Assembly: GCA_964293155.1 (NCBI GenBank)
Contig: CAXYYA010000028.1
Location: 1-48,569 of the forward strand
Length of the DNA: 48,569 nt
DNA from: an uncultured Bacteroidales bacterium
GTDB taxonomy: Bacteria; Bacteroidota; Bacteroidia; Bacteroidales; Dysgonomonadaceae
Reading direction: 5' to 3'
The notes beneath the pieces were generated by a model. It saw only the letters and a program-made list of their open reading frames with translations, made no database searches and had not been told where the DNA came from. Position numbers and translations under genes: made by a program. Positions 1-9,984 of the stretch are shown here, in pieces (within the stretch, counting starts at the first letter, position 1; every line of letters begins with the position of its first letter).

Positions 1-1129
1 TCCCTCCCATAATGCATTTCACCAGTGTTGATTCTCCCTCGCCGTTTTTTCCCACAAAAGCACCTTCCTCACCCCGGTTGATGGTCAGTGTTACGTTTGA
101 GAATACCTGATGATCGCCATATTTTTTGGCTAAATTTTCAGTAACGACCGGATAGGAGCCTGATCGTGGTGCAGGAGGAAACTTTAAATTCAGGCGTGAA
201 TTGTCCACTTCATCCACTTCAATGCGTTCGATTTTTTCGAGTTGTCTGATGCGTGACTGTACCTGGTTGGATTTGGTGGCTTTGTATCGAAATCGTTCGA
301 TGAATGCCTCGGTATCCTGAATTTGTTTCTGCTGATTTTCGTAAGCCCGTTGCTGTTGTTCACGCCTCTCTTTTCTAAGTTCGAGGTATTTGGAGTAATT
401 TACTTTGTAATCGTGGATATTCCCCAACACAATTTCGATAGTGCGGTTGGTTACGTTGTCTAAAAAAGCTTTGTCGTGTGAAACCAGCATCACGGCATTG
501 GTTCGTGAGATAAGGAAGGTCTCTAGCCATTGGATAGATTCAATGTCCAGGTGGTTGGTCGGCTCATCCAGCAGGAGTACGTCGGGTGATTGGAGCAGAA
601 TCTTGGCCAGCTCAATGCGCATCCGCCATCCACCGCTGAATTCTTGCGTCGGGCGGTTAAAGTCGGAACGATTGAATCCTAACCCCAGTAATGTTTTCTC
701 GGTTTCGGCTTCAAAATCATTGATGCCCGACATCAGAAGCAACTCCTGCACGTCGGTGGATCGTTGAATAATATGGTGGTATTCGTCCGATTCATAATCG
801 GTCCGTTCAGCCAATTGCCGGTGAAGCACTTCCAGTTCCTGTTCCAGTTTTTTTAAGTGCTCGAACGCAAGTGCTGCCTCTTCCTTTACCGTTCGTTCAT
901 TGCTGAGCTTCATCTGTTGTGGCAGGTAGCCCACCGTGACTTCTTTCGGGTACGAAATGATGCCGCTTGTAGGCTGTTGTGCTCCCGCCATAAGTTTCAG
1001 TAACGTGGATTTTCCCGCGCCGTTTTTCCCGGCGAGTGCAATTCGTTCGTTCTTGTTGAGAACAAAAGAAATACTGTCGAGTAACGTAAAGCCGCCGAAT
1101 TCAACGGTGAGGTTATCAATGGAAATCAT
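1..1129 (-). CDS. ABC-F family ATPase (soluble two-NBD ABC protein); its 3' end runs off the window
   Basis: Absent from the ORF track because it is truncated. My reverse translation from ATG at 1129 gives MISIDNLTVEFGGFTLLDSISFVLNKNERIALAGKNGAGKSTLLKLMAG (Walker A). Further on it gives FSGGWRMRIELAKILLQSPDVLLLDEPTNHLD (ABC signature plus Walker B). Plus-strand ORFs 441..767 and 936..1133 are antisense shadows of it. Confidence 0.9.
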   Translation of the reverse strand, partial: MISIDNLTVEFGGFTLLDSISFVLNKNERIALAGKNGAGKSTLLKLMAGAQQPTSGIISYPKEVTVGYLPQQMKLSNERTVKEEAALAFEHLKKLEQELEVLHRQLAERTDYESDEYHHIIQRSTDVQELLLMSGINDFEAETEKTLLGLGFNRSDFNRPTQEFSGGWRMRIELAKILLQSPDVLLLDEPTNHLDIESIQWLETFLISRTNAVMLVSHDKAFLDNVTNRTIEIVLGNIHDYKVNYSKYLELRKERREQQQRAYENQQKQIQDTEAFIERFRYKATKSNQVQSRIRQLEKIERIEVDEVDNSRLNLKFPPAPRSGSYPVVTENLAKKYGDHQVFSNVTLTINRGEEGAFVGKNGEGESTLVKCIMGG

Positions 1130-1303
1130 CTGATCGAAATTTTGTGCAAAGAAACATCATTATAACCAAACACGGAATTATTTAACTTATATATTTAAGA
1201 AAACAATGTTAAAACATAAATTTAGGCAACTTCATGCAAACGATTGCATCCGATGTGAAGTACAAATAAATCAAAAGATATATATAAATCAATGAAAAAA
1301 ATG

Positions 1304-1311
1304 TAAATTTG
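1304..1311 (+). promoter_or_regulatory. Candidate -7 promoter box TAaaTTTG upstream of the susC-like gene
   Basis: Exact match to the Bacteroidota primary-sigma -7 consensus TAnnTTTG, 62 nt before ATG 1373. A second match, TAatTTTG, lies at 1358..1365. Confidence 0.3.
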
Positions 1312-1372
1312 TAAAAAATGGATTTTATTGAGTGAAATGTCTGATTTTTATAACTTCTAATTTTGAACGATT

Positions 1373-4315
1373 ATGACAAAAAGTGAAAAACAAAATTTAT
1401 CACAGCTGCGGAAAGCAATCATAATTTTATTTTTATGCATGTTTTCTTTTGGTATGATGGCTCAGAGTCATACGGTTACCGGTACGGTGAAAGACAACAA
1501 AGGTGAGCCACTTATTGGTGTTACGGTTCAGGTTCAGGGAACTACAACAGGTACGGTTACGGATATTGACGGAAATTTCGCAATTCAAAATGTGAGGCCA
1601 AATGATAATTTGGAGTTTTCGTATGTGGGAATGAAATCGCAAGTTATTCCTGTTCAAGGCAAGACGAATATTCAGGTAACTTTATCGGATGATTCAGAGT
1701 TGCTGGACGAGGTGGTTGTTGTAGGTTATGGTACGCAAACAAGAAGGGAGATTACCGGATCGGTGGCGAATGTAACCGAAAAAGACTTTAATCAGGGTGT
1801 TACCCGTAATGCAGCTGATTTACTGCAAGGTAAAGTTGCAGGGTTGTCCATTACTTCTGCCAGTGGTGACCTAAACGATAACCCGATTATCAGACTCCGT
1901 GGTGTGAATACGTTACAGCGGGACAACGGCCCGTTCATCGTTATTGACGGAGTTCCCGGAGGAGACTTGTCTTCTGTGGCGCCTCAGGACATCGAATCAA
2001 TATCGGTATTGAAAGATGCATCTTCTGCAGCTATTTATGGATCGAGATCGGCCGGAGGTGTTATTCTCATCACCACAAAACGCGGATCGGGAAGCACACA
2101 ACGAATTTCGTACGATGGTTACCTGGCATTCTCGAATGCGGCGAACAAACCCGATATGTTGTCGGCGCAGGATTGGCGTGATTATGTGAACAAGAATAAT
2201 TTGCAAGAGCAAGCTAAAGCTTTTGACAGGTATAATGCCGATACCGATTGGTTCGGCGAAATTATGCGGACGGGAATTTCACACAACCACTCCTTATCGC
2301 TTTCAGGCGGCGGATCGGCTCACAATTACAGGGCTTCCGTAAACTACCGGAATATGGAAGGAATTATGAAAGACAATAGTTTCGAAAACATAAACTTCCG
2401 TTTCCAATTCAGTCAAAGGGCGATAAATAATAAATTGAGAGTAGGGTTAACAGGAGTTGCCAATATCCGGAACATATCTCCCAGTAATAAAACCAATACG
2501 ATGCTGGCATCCAATTTCCTGCCCGTTTATCCGGTTTATAATCCCGACGGTAGTTGGTTTGATTTAACGGAATGGAACCAAGGCAACCCATTGCGACAGA
2601 TCGCTGAAAATTACAGAGATATCAAAAATGTGGATTTCTATGGAAACGGCGATGTCGAGTTTAATTTTACGGAAGATTTGATTGGTAAATTAACGCTTTA
2701 CAAACAGCGCATGGGATTCGATTATGCGCAGTACGACAGTAGTGAGACCTATTCGGGAAGAGACCCGAAAGGATTTGCCAACCGCTCGGCTTTCACCAGA
2801 AATAAAGATTTGTTGGAATCAACATTAACCTACAATACCAGGTTGGGAGATGCTCACAAAATAACTCTTCTCGGAGGTTACTCGTGGGAGCAAAACGATT
2901 TTCAACGGGTTTATGCACAAAACAGGTTCTTTATTACCAATTTATTGGGAGCAAATGACTTGCAGTCGGGGCAAAATCTTTTGCCCGAAGATGTTGGATC
3001 GGAAAAGAACATGTTCCGTCTTATATCATTCTTCACCAGAGCTAATTATGCGTTTAAAGAACGCTACATGTTAACGGCTACATTGCGCTATGACGGATCT
3101 TCAAAATTCGGGCCGAATAACAAATGGGGTACTTTCCCATCAATTTCGGCTGCATGGGGAATTTCACAGGAAGAATTCATGAAAGACGTAAACTGGCTGG
3201 ATGATCTTAAATTGCGTGTTGGTTATGGAGTTACAGGCAACCAGGACGGACTTGATCCGTACAGAACGCTGGAACTTTATGGCCGGTACGGTTCGTATTA
3301 CGATTCGGGAAATTGGTACACCGCTTACAGAATTTCGCAGAATGCCAACCCCGACCTTAAATGGGAACAAACATCTTCCTTCAACATTGGTTTGGACTTT
3401 GTTCTGCTAAAAAACAGGTTGAGCGGAACGGTGGAGTGGTACAAAAAGAATACTTCGGACATGTTGTATGAATACACGGTACCAACGCCTCCTTTTTTGC
3501 ATGACAGAATTATGGCGAATGTTGGCGATATGTTGAACACAGGTATCGAGTTCGCTCTCACGGCCGGAATCATACAAACCAAGGACTTCGGCTGGACTAC
3601 ATCGTTCAACGGCGCATTCAACAGAAACAAAGTTACGAAACTTTCAAACGATTTATATTCAACCAATAGATTGTATGTGGGAGACGTTGGCGGAATTCGC
3701 GGTATGTCGGCCACCACTTCAACAATCATCGAAGAAGGTTACCCTGTAGGTCAGTTTTACATGTTGAAATGTGATGGAATTGATTCCAACGGAAAGTATA
3801 TCATAGAAGATATTGATAAAGATGGCACCATTTCCGATGCCGATCGTACGTATGTTGGAAATCCTCAACCCGATTTTGTTTTCGGTTGGCAAAACACGTT
3901 GAACTATAAGAATTGGGATTTATCGTTCTTTTTCAGAGGAACTTATGGGAATGATGTGTTGAATATCGGAAAAATAGCATACTCCAATTTGCAAAGTTTA
4001 ATCGGTGCAAATGTAAGAAAAGAAGCTATCGCAATAGGATTAAATCAAGCTCCCCAACTCTGCAGCTATTATGTTGAAGATGGTTCCCACATAAGGTTAG
4101 ACAACGCAACATTGGGATACACTTTCAATACTTCCAAACTGGGATGGCTCAATTCGGCAAGATTATACCTAACGGGTCAGAATTTGTTTGTTCTCACAAA
4201 ATACACAGGGCTTGATCCCGAAGTTCGTATGGATGGTGTCGACCCAGGGAAAGAGGAAAGGGAATTTTATCCGAAAGCAAGGACATTTACATTCGGAGTA
4301 AGCTTAAATTTCTAA
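1373..4315 (+). CDS. SusC/RagA-family TonB-dependent outer-membrane receptor
   Basis: 980 aa with a signal peptide. Carboxypeptidase-regulatory-like N-domain (VTGTVKDNKGEPLIGVTVQVQGTTTGTVTDIDGNF). Plug motifs (VVVGYGTQ, SISVLKDASSAAIYGSRSAGGVILITTKRG). Long barrel ending in F. A SusD-like gene follows directly. Confidence 0.95.
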   Translation: MTKSEKQNLSQLRKAIIILFLCMFSFGMMAQSHTVTGTVKDNKGEPLIGVTVQVQGTTTGTVTDIDGNFAIQNVRPNDNLEFSYVGMKSQVIPVQGKTNIQVTLSDDSELLDEVVVVGYGTQTRREITGSVANVTEKDFNQGVTRNAADLLQGKVAGLSITSASGDLNDNPIIRLRGVNTLQRDNGPFIVIDGVPGGDLSSVAPQDIESISVLKDASSAAIYGSRSAGGVILITTKRGSGSTQRISYDGYLAFSNAANKPDMLSAQDWRDYVNKNNLQEQAKAFDRYNADTDWFGEIMRTGISHNHSLSLSGGGSAHNYRASVNYRNMEGIMKDNSFENINFRFQFSQRAINNKLRVGLTGVANIRNISPSNKTNTMLASNFLPVYPVYNPDGSWFDLTEWNQGNPLRQIAENYRDIKNVDFYGNGDVEFNFTEDLIGKLTLYKQRMGFDYAQYDSSETYSGRDPKGFANRSAFTRNKDLLESTLTYNTRLGDAHKITLLGGYSWEQNDFQRVYAQNRFFITNLLGANDLQSGQNLLPEDVGSEKNMFRLISFFTRANYAFKERYMLTATLRYDGSSKFGPNNKWGTFPSISAAWGISQEEFMKDVNWLDDLKLRVGYGVTGNQDGLDPYRTLELYGRYGSYYDSGNWYTAYRISQNANPDLKWEQTSSFNIGLDFVLLKNRLSGTVEWYKKNTSDMLYEYTVPTPPFLHDRIMANVGDMLNTGIEFALTAGIIQTKDFGWTTSFNGAFNRNKVTKLSNDLYSTNRLYVGDVGGIRGMSATTSTIIEEGYPVGQFYMLKCDGIDSNGKYIIEDIDKDGTISDADRTYVGNPQPDFVFGWQNTLNYKNWDLSFFFRGTYGNDVLNIGKIAYSNLQSLIGANVRKEAIAIGLNQAPQLCSYYVEDGSHIRLDNATLGYTFNTSKLGWLNSARLYLTGQNLFVLTKYTGLDPEVRMDGVDPGKEEREFYPKARTFTFGVSLNF

Positions 4316-4334
4316 CATTTTAATAATTACGATT

Positions 4335-5906
4335 ATGAAAAGAAAGTTTATATATATAATTAATATAGCAATTGCAGCACTGCTTTTTTCATGTACGAAT
4401 CTTAACGAAGATGTATATGATAAAATACCCGCAGACGAATTCGGAAACACTCAGGCTCAGATAAACTCCATTATTGCACCTATTTACAGGACACTGACAG
4501 GTCTGTGGCCCGGTGATGGTTTTGTTATTGCGGAAGAAGTTGGAGATATGGCCATTACACCGACAAGAACCGGTGGTGACTGGTGGGACGGCGGTATTCA
4601 CATGGAACTCGGACGTCACGTTTGGCAACCCCGAAACGGCGCGATTAACGGTTTGTGGAATACGGCAAGTAACGGCACGTCAACCTGTAATAAAATTATG
4701 GCCATTATTGAGGCAAACAAGTCGCTCGATGAAACTCAAAAACAGGCTGTGTATGCCGAGATCAGGGGCGTAAGGGCATTTTGGTATTATATTTTTCTGG
4801 ATTACTTTGGAAATGTACCTTTAGTAACGAGTTTCAATGATCAGGAGTTGCCTGCAACCAAGACCAGAAAAGAAGTATATGATTTTGTTGTAAGTGAGTT
4901 GAACGCGATAAAAGACCTGCTTCCCGCCGATGTTTCAGCCAAAACATACGGAAAGTTTACCAAAGGAGCCGCATATTTTCTGTTGGCGAAAATGTACCTC
5001 AATGCCGAGATATTTACCGGAACATTAACAGCTAACTCCTTTACAAAAGGAGCAGCCGAATGGCAAAAAACCATTGATGCCTGCGATGCGGTTTTGGACT
5101 TGCCTTATATCCTTGAACCAACATGGACACTGAATTTTGCCGTGAATAACGAAGCATCGAAAGAGATAATCTTCCCGTGTGTATTCACAAAGAAAGAATG
5201 GGGTAATTACATCCTTCACCGCACGTTGCATTACAAAGATCCCATCGCGTTGGGCATAAGTATCAGTCCTTGGAACGGTATTAGTGCAGTGCCGGATTAT
5301 GTAAACAGTTTCGATAACGCTGATAAGCGAAAAGCATGGTCGTTCCTTACCGGACCTATGATTGATCCGGCTACGGGTACCGTTTTATATACGCAGCACG
5401 GCAGGCCGTTGATTCACACCGTGGATATTCCCATGATCGCCGGAACAACGAGTAAATATGATGGTGTTTGGGGAGAAGTGGAACAAGAAGTCGGTGCAAG
5501 ATGTTTCAAATGGGCTATCGAACCCGGTATGTCGGCAACGTCTGAAAACGATTTTGCATTTTTCCGTTTAGCAGATGTTTATCTGATGAAAGCGGAAGCA
5601 TTGGCCAGACTGGGAAGAACAGCCGAAGCTTTGCCATTGGTTAACGCGGTAAGAACGCGTGCTTTTGATGATAAAACAAAATTATTGACTGCCGTAACGC
5701 TGAATGATATTTATAAAGAACGTCGTTTTGAGTTGGCGTGGGAGTGCTATACGCGTCAGGATATGATCCGTTTTGGAACGTTCACCGCTCCGCATTTTTT
5801 GAAACCGGAAGTAACGCCAATTTATCGCATCTTGTTACCGATACCTGTTCAGGCATTGGAGGCGAATAATAAACTGACACAGAATCCGGGATATCCTGGT
5901 TTATGA
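4335..5906 (+). CDS. SusD/RagB-family nutrient-binding outer-membrane lipoprotein
   Basis: 523 aa with lipoprotein signal AALLFSCTN. Starts 19 nt after the susC-like stop. Shows the helical SusD-type C-terminal region (RFELAWECYTRQDMIRFG). Confidence 0.9.
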   Translation: MKRKFIYIINIAIAALLFSCTNLNEDVYDKIPADEFGNTQAQINSIIAPIYRTLTGLWPGDGFVIAEEVGDMAITPTRTGGDWWDGGIHMELGRHVWQPRNGAINGLWNTASNGTSTCNKIMAIIEANKSLDETQKQAVYAEIRGVRAFWYYIFLDYFGNVPLVTSFNDQELPATKTRKEVYDFVVSELNAIKDLLPADVSAKTYGKFTKGAAYFLLAKMYLNAEIFTGTLTANSFTKGAAEWQKTIDACDAVLDLPYILEPTWTLNFAVNNEASKEIIFPCVFTKKEWGNYILHRTLHYKDPIALGISISPWNGISAVPDYVNSFDNADKRKAWSFLTGPMIDPATGTVLYTQHGRPLIHTVDIPMIAGTTSKYDGVWGEVEQEVGARCFKWAIEPGMSATSENDFAFFRLADVYLMKAEALARLGRTAEALPLVNAVRTRAFDDKTKLLTAVTLNDIYKERRFELAWECYTRQDMIRFGTFTAPHFLKPEVTPIYRILLPIPVQALEANNKLTQNPGYPGL

Positions 5907-5929
5907 TCATTCACTAAATATAATAGAAA

Positions 5930-5957
5930 ATGCTCAGGTTTTTCCTGAGCATTTTTT
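5930..5957 (+). terminator. Intrinsic terminator after the susD-like gene
   Basis: Nine-bp stem ATGCTCAGG / CCTGAGCAT with a TTTTT loop, followed by a T-run. Confidence 0.75.
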
Positions 5958-5973
5958 ATCATTTGCCTTAGAA

Positions 5974-5995
5974 CAAGCGAGTTCCGACTCGCTTG
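5974..5995. repeat. Short hairpin repeat, copy 1 (CAAGCGAGTTCCGACTCGCTTG)
   Basis: Eight-bp stem AAGCGAGT/ACTCGCTT with loop TCCG. A near-identical copy lies at 7432..7451 on the other side of hisS. Confidence 0.6.
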
Positions 5996-6012
5996 ATTTT
6001 TTTATTTTAAAG

Positions 6013-7374
6013 CTATTTGGAAATCGCTTTACCCAATTCTTCACCCGAAACCAATTTCTGTTCTCCCGATTTCATATCCTTCAACGTAATTTTACCTTCC
6101 TTCATTTCGTTTTCTCCCATTAACGCGACAAAAGGGATATTGTTGCTGTCGGCATACGACAGTTGTTTCTTCATTTTGGCGGCTTCGGGATAAATTTCGG
6201 CACAAATTCCTTTGTTTCGCAATTGGGCGAGGAGAGGCAAGATATAAGATTCTTCCTTATCGCCGAAATTCACAAAAAGCACATCGGTGGCGTGTGTAGA
6301 GTTTTCGGGGAAAAGGTTGAGTTGGTTGAGCACATCGTAAATGCGGTCGGCACCGAAGGAGATGCCGACACCCGATACGCCCGGCAGTCCGAAAATGCCC
6401 GTCAGGTTATCGTAACGGCCGCCGCCGGTGATGCTACCGATCTCTGCGTCAAGCGCTTTTACTTCGATAATAGCGCCGGTATAATAGTTGAGTCCGCGGG
6501 CAAGGGTAAGGTCGAGTTCAAGTTCGCAACCGATGCTTAATAAACCGGTTTTGTTGAGAATAAATTCCAGCTCCTCCACACCTTTCAATCCGGTTTGGGA
6601 GACCGAAAGCACGCTTTTCAGCGTTGCAAGTTTGTCGTTGTTCGTGCCTTCGAGCAATATGATAGGCTGCAATTGTTGAATAGCGGCTTCGGAGATTCCT
6701 TTTTCCCGAAGTTCTTCGTTCACCTTTTCCAACCCGATTTTATCCAATTTATCGATAGCCACCGTGATGTCGGTAATTTTATCGGCTTCGCCGATGATTT
6801 CGGCAATTCCCGAAAGTATTTTTCGGTTGTTGAGTTTTACGGATACACGGATATTTAATCTGCGAAAAACTTCATCAATGATCTGGATCAGTTCCACTTC
6901 GTTGAGCAGCGAATCAGAACCCACCACATCGGCGTCGCATTGAAAAAATTCGCGATAACGACCCTTTTGCGGACGGTCGGCACGCCACACGGGCTGAATC
7001 TGAAACCGCTTGAATGGAAACGAAATTTCGTTGCGGTGCATTACCACGTAGCGGGCAAACGGTACGGTAAGGTCGTATCGCAATCCTTTTTCCGAAATTT
7101 TGTTGGCGGTTTTAGCCGAGTTTCCTTCGGTAACGTCATCGGCGTGCATACTCGACAGGAAATCGCCCGAGTTCAATATCTTAAACAGCAGTTTATCGCC
7201 TTCTTCGCCGTATTTTCCCATCAATGTGGAAAGGTTTTCCATGGCGGGCGTTTCGATCTGGCGGAAGCCATATAGGCGGTACACTTCTTTAATGGTGTCG
7301 AAAATATAGTTGCGTTTCGCCATCTCTTCGGGCGAAAAATCGCGCGTTCCTTTGGGTATGGACGGTTTTTGCAT
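6013..7374 (-). CDS. hisS: Histidine--tRNA ligase
   Basis: 453 aa. N-terminus [12 protein letters not shown]. Class II motif 2 region [15 protein letters not shown]-terminal anticodon-binding domain. Confidence 0.97.
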   Translation of the reverse strand: MQKPSIPKGTRDFSPEEMAKRNYIFDTIKEVYRLYGFRQIETPAMENLSTLMGKYGEEGDKLLFKILNSGDFLSSMHADDVTEGNSAKTANKISEKGLRYDLTVPFARYVVMHRNEISFPFKRFQIQPVWRADRPQKGRYREFFQCDADVVGSDSLLNEVELIQIIDEVFRRLNIRVSVKLNNRKILSGIAEIIGEADKITDITVAIDKLDKIGLEKVNEELREKGISEAAIQQLQPIILLEGTNNDKLATLKSVLSVSQTGLKGVEELEFILNKTGLLSIGCELELDLTLARGLNYYTGAIIEVKALDAEIGSITGGGRYDNLTGIFGLPGVSGVGISFGADRIYDVLNQLNLFPENSTHATDVLFVNFGDKEESYILPLLAQLRNKGICAEIYPEAAKMKKQLSYADSNNIPFVALMGENEMKEGKITLKDMKSGEQKLVSGEELGKAISK

Positions 7375-7400
7375 CGTTGTTTGTGTTTTGATTCAGGATG

Positions 7401-7408
7401 CAAAGATA
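7401..7408 (-). promoter_or_regulatory. Candidate -7 box TAtcTTTG for hisS
   Basis: The minus strand reads CACTATCTTTGCATCC, 27 nt upstream of ATG 7374. The same CACTATCTTTG context occurs upstream of ffh. Confidence 0.45.
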
Positions 7409-7431
7409 GTGATTTTTGGGTTACGGGGGTG

Positions 7432-7451
7432 AAGCGAGTTCCAACTCGCTT
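7432..7451. repeat. Short hairpin repeat, copy 2 (AAGCGAGTTCCAACTCGCTT)
   Basis: Same stem as 5974..5995 with loop TCCA, in the same orientation. A second hairpin, AAACGAAT-CGGA-ATTCGTTT, follows at 7461..7480. Confidence 0.6.
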
Positions 7452-7639
7452 TAAAAATTCAAACGAATCGGAATTCGTTTTCAATCAGAAATCGTTTAAA
7501 AGTGACTTTAGGGTTTTGACTATTAAGTAGAGCTACAACAATAGCCTTGTGAAGTTTTCAAAATTTCTCCCCATTGTCGTAACTTTTTATTCATCATTCT
7601 TGTTATAAGTATTATTAAAATATCCGTAAAAAGAACATT

Positions 7640-9310
7640 ATGACTATTCTTCCCGAAAAAATAGAAAATTATTCCGGCATCATCGCTTTTATGCTTAAGT
7701 ATCGTAACAGCCACGTTTTTAACACCGTTGTGGATAATGCCGCGGACTTAGACGATGACGAAAAAACCGAAAGCGATGATTCAGGAATAACTCCGCAGGA
7801 TTTTGCAAACGATCTTAAACAGATGGGCCCCGTGTATGTGAAGTTGGGACAACTCTTATCCACACGTCCCGATTTATTACCCGAAGAATATTTGGATGAA
7901 CTGGCAAATTTGCAGGACGATGTAGAACCCATTGGATATGGGAAGATTGAGCGGTTGATAGAAGAGGAATTGGGTGTAAGAATTTCCAAAGCTTTCAAGA
8001 CATTTGATCCGGCACCCTTAGCCAGCGCTTCCATCGGCCAGGTACACAGGGCGGAATTGCCATCGGGCAAAAAAGTGGCCGTTAAGGTGCAGCGTCCCGG
8101 TATCCGGAAACAGTTTACGGAAGAACTGGAAACCTTAAAAAACATGGTGGACATGGCCGTAAAATACACGAAAACAGCCGATAAATACGCGCTGGACGAT
8201 GTTCTGGATGAACTCAGCCACATGTTAATGAACGAGCTGGACTATAAAATGGAGGCTCAAAGTCTGGTTATTTTGGGACAAAATCTCAAAGAATACAAGC
8301 GTCTTATCGTTCCTCAGCCGGTGATGGATTATTGCACTCCAAAAATCTTAACGATGGATTATGTGGAAGGTAAGAAAGTTACAAAAGTATCGCCATTTAC
8401 CAAAACGGAAGTGGATTTCACTCCATTGATCGATGAGTTAGTTAAGTCCTATCTTCAACAAGTGGTTATTGACGGTTTTGCACACGCCGATCCGCATCCG
8501 GGTAATGTACATTTTACTCCTGACAATAAAATAGCGCTGATAGATTTGGGCATGGTAGCCAAATTTAGCAATACGTTGAAAGATCAAATGTTGCGTTTGC
8601 TCCTTGCCATGAGTGAAATGTCGGGCGATAAGATCGTGGATATTTTACTGGGAATGAGCACGTATGACGAGACTGCAATGATAAAAGATTTCAGGAAAGA
8701 TGTTAACAGATTAGTTCTGGATAATCAAATCAGTATCGCTAAAGATTTAAAAACAGGCCGACTGATTATTCAAATGAATCGGATGGCTGCCGAGCGAAAC
8801 ATAAAAATAGCCGTAGAACTAAATCTGCTCGGCAAAATATTGTTGAATATTGATCAGATTATTGCAACATTAACTCCCGATTATGATTTTCAGAAAGCTA
8901 TAAACGAAAATGCCGAACGGTTGATGACGCAGAAAATGACGCAGGAATTGAAACCTGAAAACATGTTTAAAATGCTGTTGGAAACCAAAAAATTGGGCGA
9001 AAATTTACCGGAACGTTTAAACAAAATTTCTCAACGTTTAGCGGACAACGAGTTTGAAATTAAAGTGAATGCGATTGACGAAAAACGTTTTACCGATGGT
9101 TTTCAGAAAGTGGCTAACCGAATTACTGTGGGGTTAATAATTGCGGCACTTATTCTTGCCGCTTCTATGCTCATGCGTATGCCCACAAGTTTTACCATTC
9201 TCGGATATCCCGGGTTACCCCTTATTTTCTTTTTAATTGCATCCGGAGCAGGGATTATGTTGGTTTATAATATCATATCGAAAGACGAATATTTCCGAAA
9301 AAGAAAATAG
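7640..9310 (+). CDS. ABC1/UbiB-family atypical protein kinase with C-terminal transmembrane helices
   Basis: 556 aa. ABC1 hallmarks ASASIGQVHRA, KVQRPG and HADPHPGN. Two hydrophobic helices at the C-terminus. Confidence 0.85.
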   Translation: MTILPEKIENYSGIIAFMLKYRNSHVFNTVVDNAADLDDDEKTESDDSGITPQDFANDLKQMGPVYVKLGQLLSTRPDLLPEEYLDELANLQDDVEPIGYGKIERLIEEELGVRISKAFKTFDPAPLASASIGQVHRAELPSGKKVAVKVQRPGIRKQFTEELETLKNMVDMAVKYTKTADKYALDDVLDELSHMLMNELDYKMEAQSLVILGQNLKEYKRLIVPQPVMDYCTPKILTMDYVEGKKVTKVSPFTKTEVDFTPLIDELVKSYLQQVVIDGFAHADPHPGNVHFTPDNKIALIDLGMVAKFSNTLKDQMLRLLLAMSEMSGDKIVDILLGMSTYDETAMIKDFRKDVNRLVLDNQISIAKDLKTGRLIIQMNRMAAERNIKIAVELNLLGKILLNIDQIIATLTPDYDFQKAINENAERLMTQKMTQELKPENMFKMLLETKKLGENLPERLNKISQRLADNEFEIKVNAIDEKRFTDGFQKVANRITVGLIIAALILAASMLMRMPTSFTILGYPGLPLIFFLIASGAGIMLVYNIISKDEYFRKRK

Positions 9311-9490
9311 CGGGAACATCATTTTAAAATTAACGTGAGTTCAATACAAGAAAAGGCTCTTAATTGATTTATAATAAGGTAATAAGGTCTTTGTTCTATT
9401 TTAATTTAACTCTACTAAGGTTGCTTTTAAAAAATAAGGTTTCCAATACGCTTTGAACCCTGCCTACCGCAGGCAAGCTTATTTACAAAT

Positions 9491-9839
9491 ATGATTATCC
9501 GCATAATGTCCTACATCAATTGCCACGTCCCTTTACAGGCTGTGTAAAAAACATCGCAACAGTATCAATTTGTCATTCCGACGATAGGAGGAATCTTATT
9601 TGTCATAAATTATAGACTCTTCACTCCGCAAAGCTGCGTTCAGAGTGACAAAAAGACACCTAATTTTCATTTTTACACAGCCTCTTTAGGGCGTGGTTTT
9701 TGAGATACAGAGCAGATAGGCTTTAGCCGAAATTTATACTATTATTGGGCTGAAGCCCGTAATTCTTAGACATTATTATCCCACGACTTAAAAATCGTGG
9801 CAATAGATAAAGCCGTTAGGACACTTTGCGGATAATCAT
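9491..9839 (+). mobile_element. MITE-like element, family A, copy 1 (interrupted by a family B insertion)
   Basis: About 23-bp terminal inverted repeats: ATGATTATCCGCATAATGTCCTA ... TAGGACACTTTGCGGATAATCAT. Internal CCACG...CGTGG hairpins and GGCTTTAGCC / GGGCTGAAGCCC arms. About 95 percent identical to the uninterrupted copy at 46228..46420, which is reverse-complemented. Confidence 0.75.
9536..9684 (+). mobile_element. MITE-like element, family B, copy 1, inserted inside family A
   Basis: 149 bp with TIRs CAGGCTGTGTAAAAA ... TTTTTACACAGCCTC. Flanked by duplicated TTTA (9532..9535 and 9685..9688). The empty site CCCTTTAGGG is visible in copy 46228..46420. A second copy lies at 23143..23292. 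Confidence 0.8.
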
Positions 9840-9984
9840 TTTTACGAATAATATAACCTTAATAGGAATCAACGCAAGCAAAGTTTCAGCCTTATTAGCT
9901 TATTTACTGATTCTTATGAAATGAGTTGTGTCAAACTCACGTTAATTATTTCTTTCGCATTTTACACGGATTAGAACCGATAAT

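Larger units (their letters stand above)
9328..9947. mobile_element. Outermost shell of a three-level nested inverted-repeat element
   Basis: Perfect 14-bp inverted repeat AATTAACGTGAGTT (9328..9341) / AACTCACGTTAATT (9934..9947). The inner arms carry degenerate mirrored AATAAGG / CCTTATT motifs. Non-coding. Confidence 0.45.

Noticed and set aside
441-1133. Plus-strand ORFs 441..767 and 936..1133
   Set aside because: They are antisense shadows of the minus-strand ABC-F gene. The minus-strand translation carries Walker A, signature and Walker B motifs, and the plus-strand products are low-complexity.
9311-9984. Possible CRISPR array suggested by the dense repeats
   Set aside because: The repeats are inverted and nested, not regularly spaced direct repeats with unique spacers, and no cas genes are nearby.
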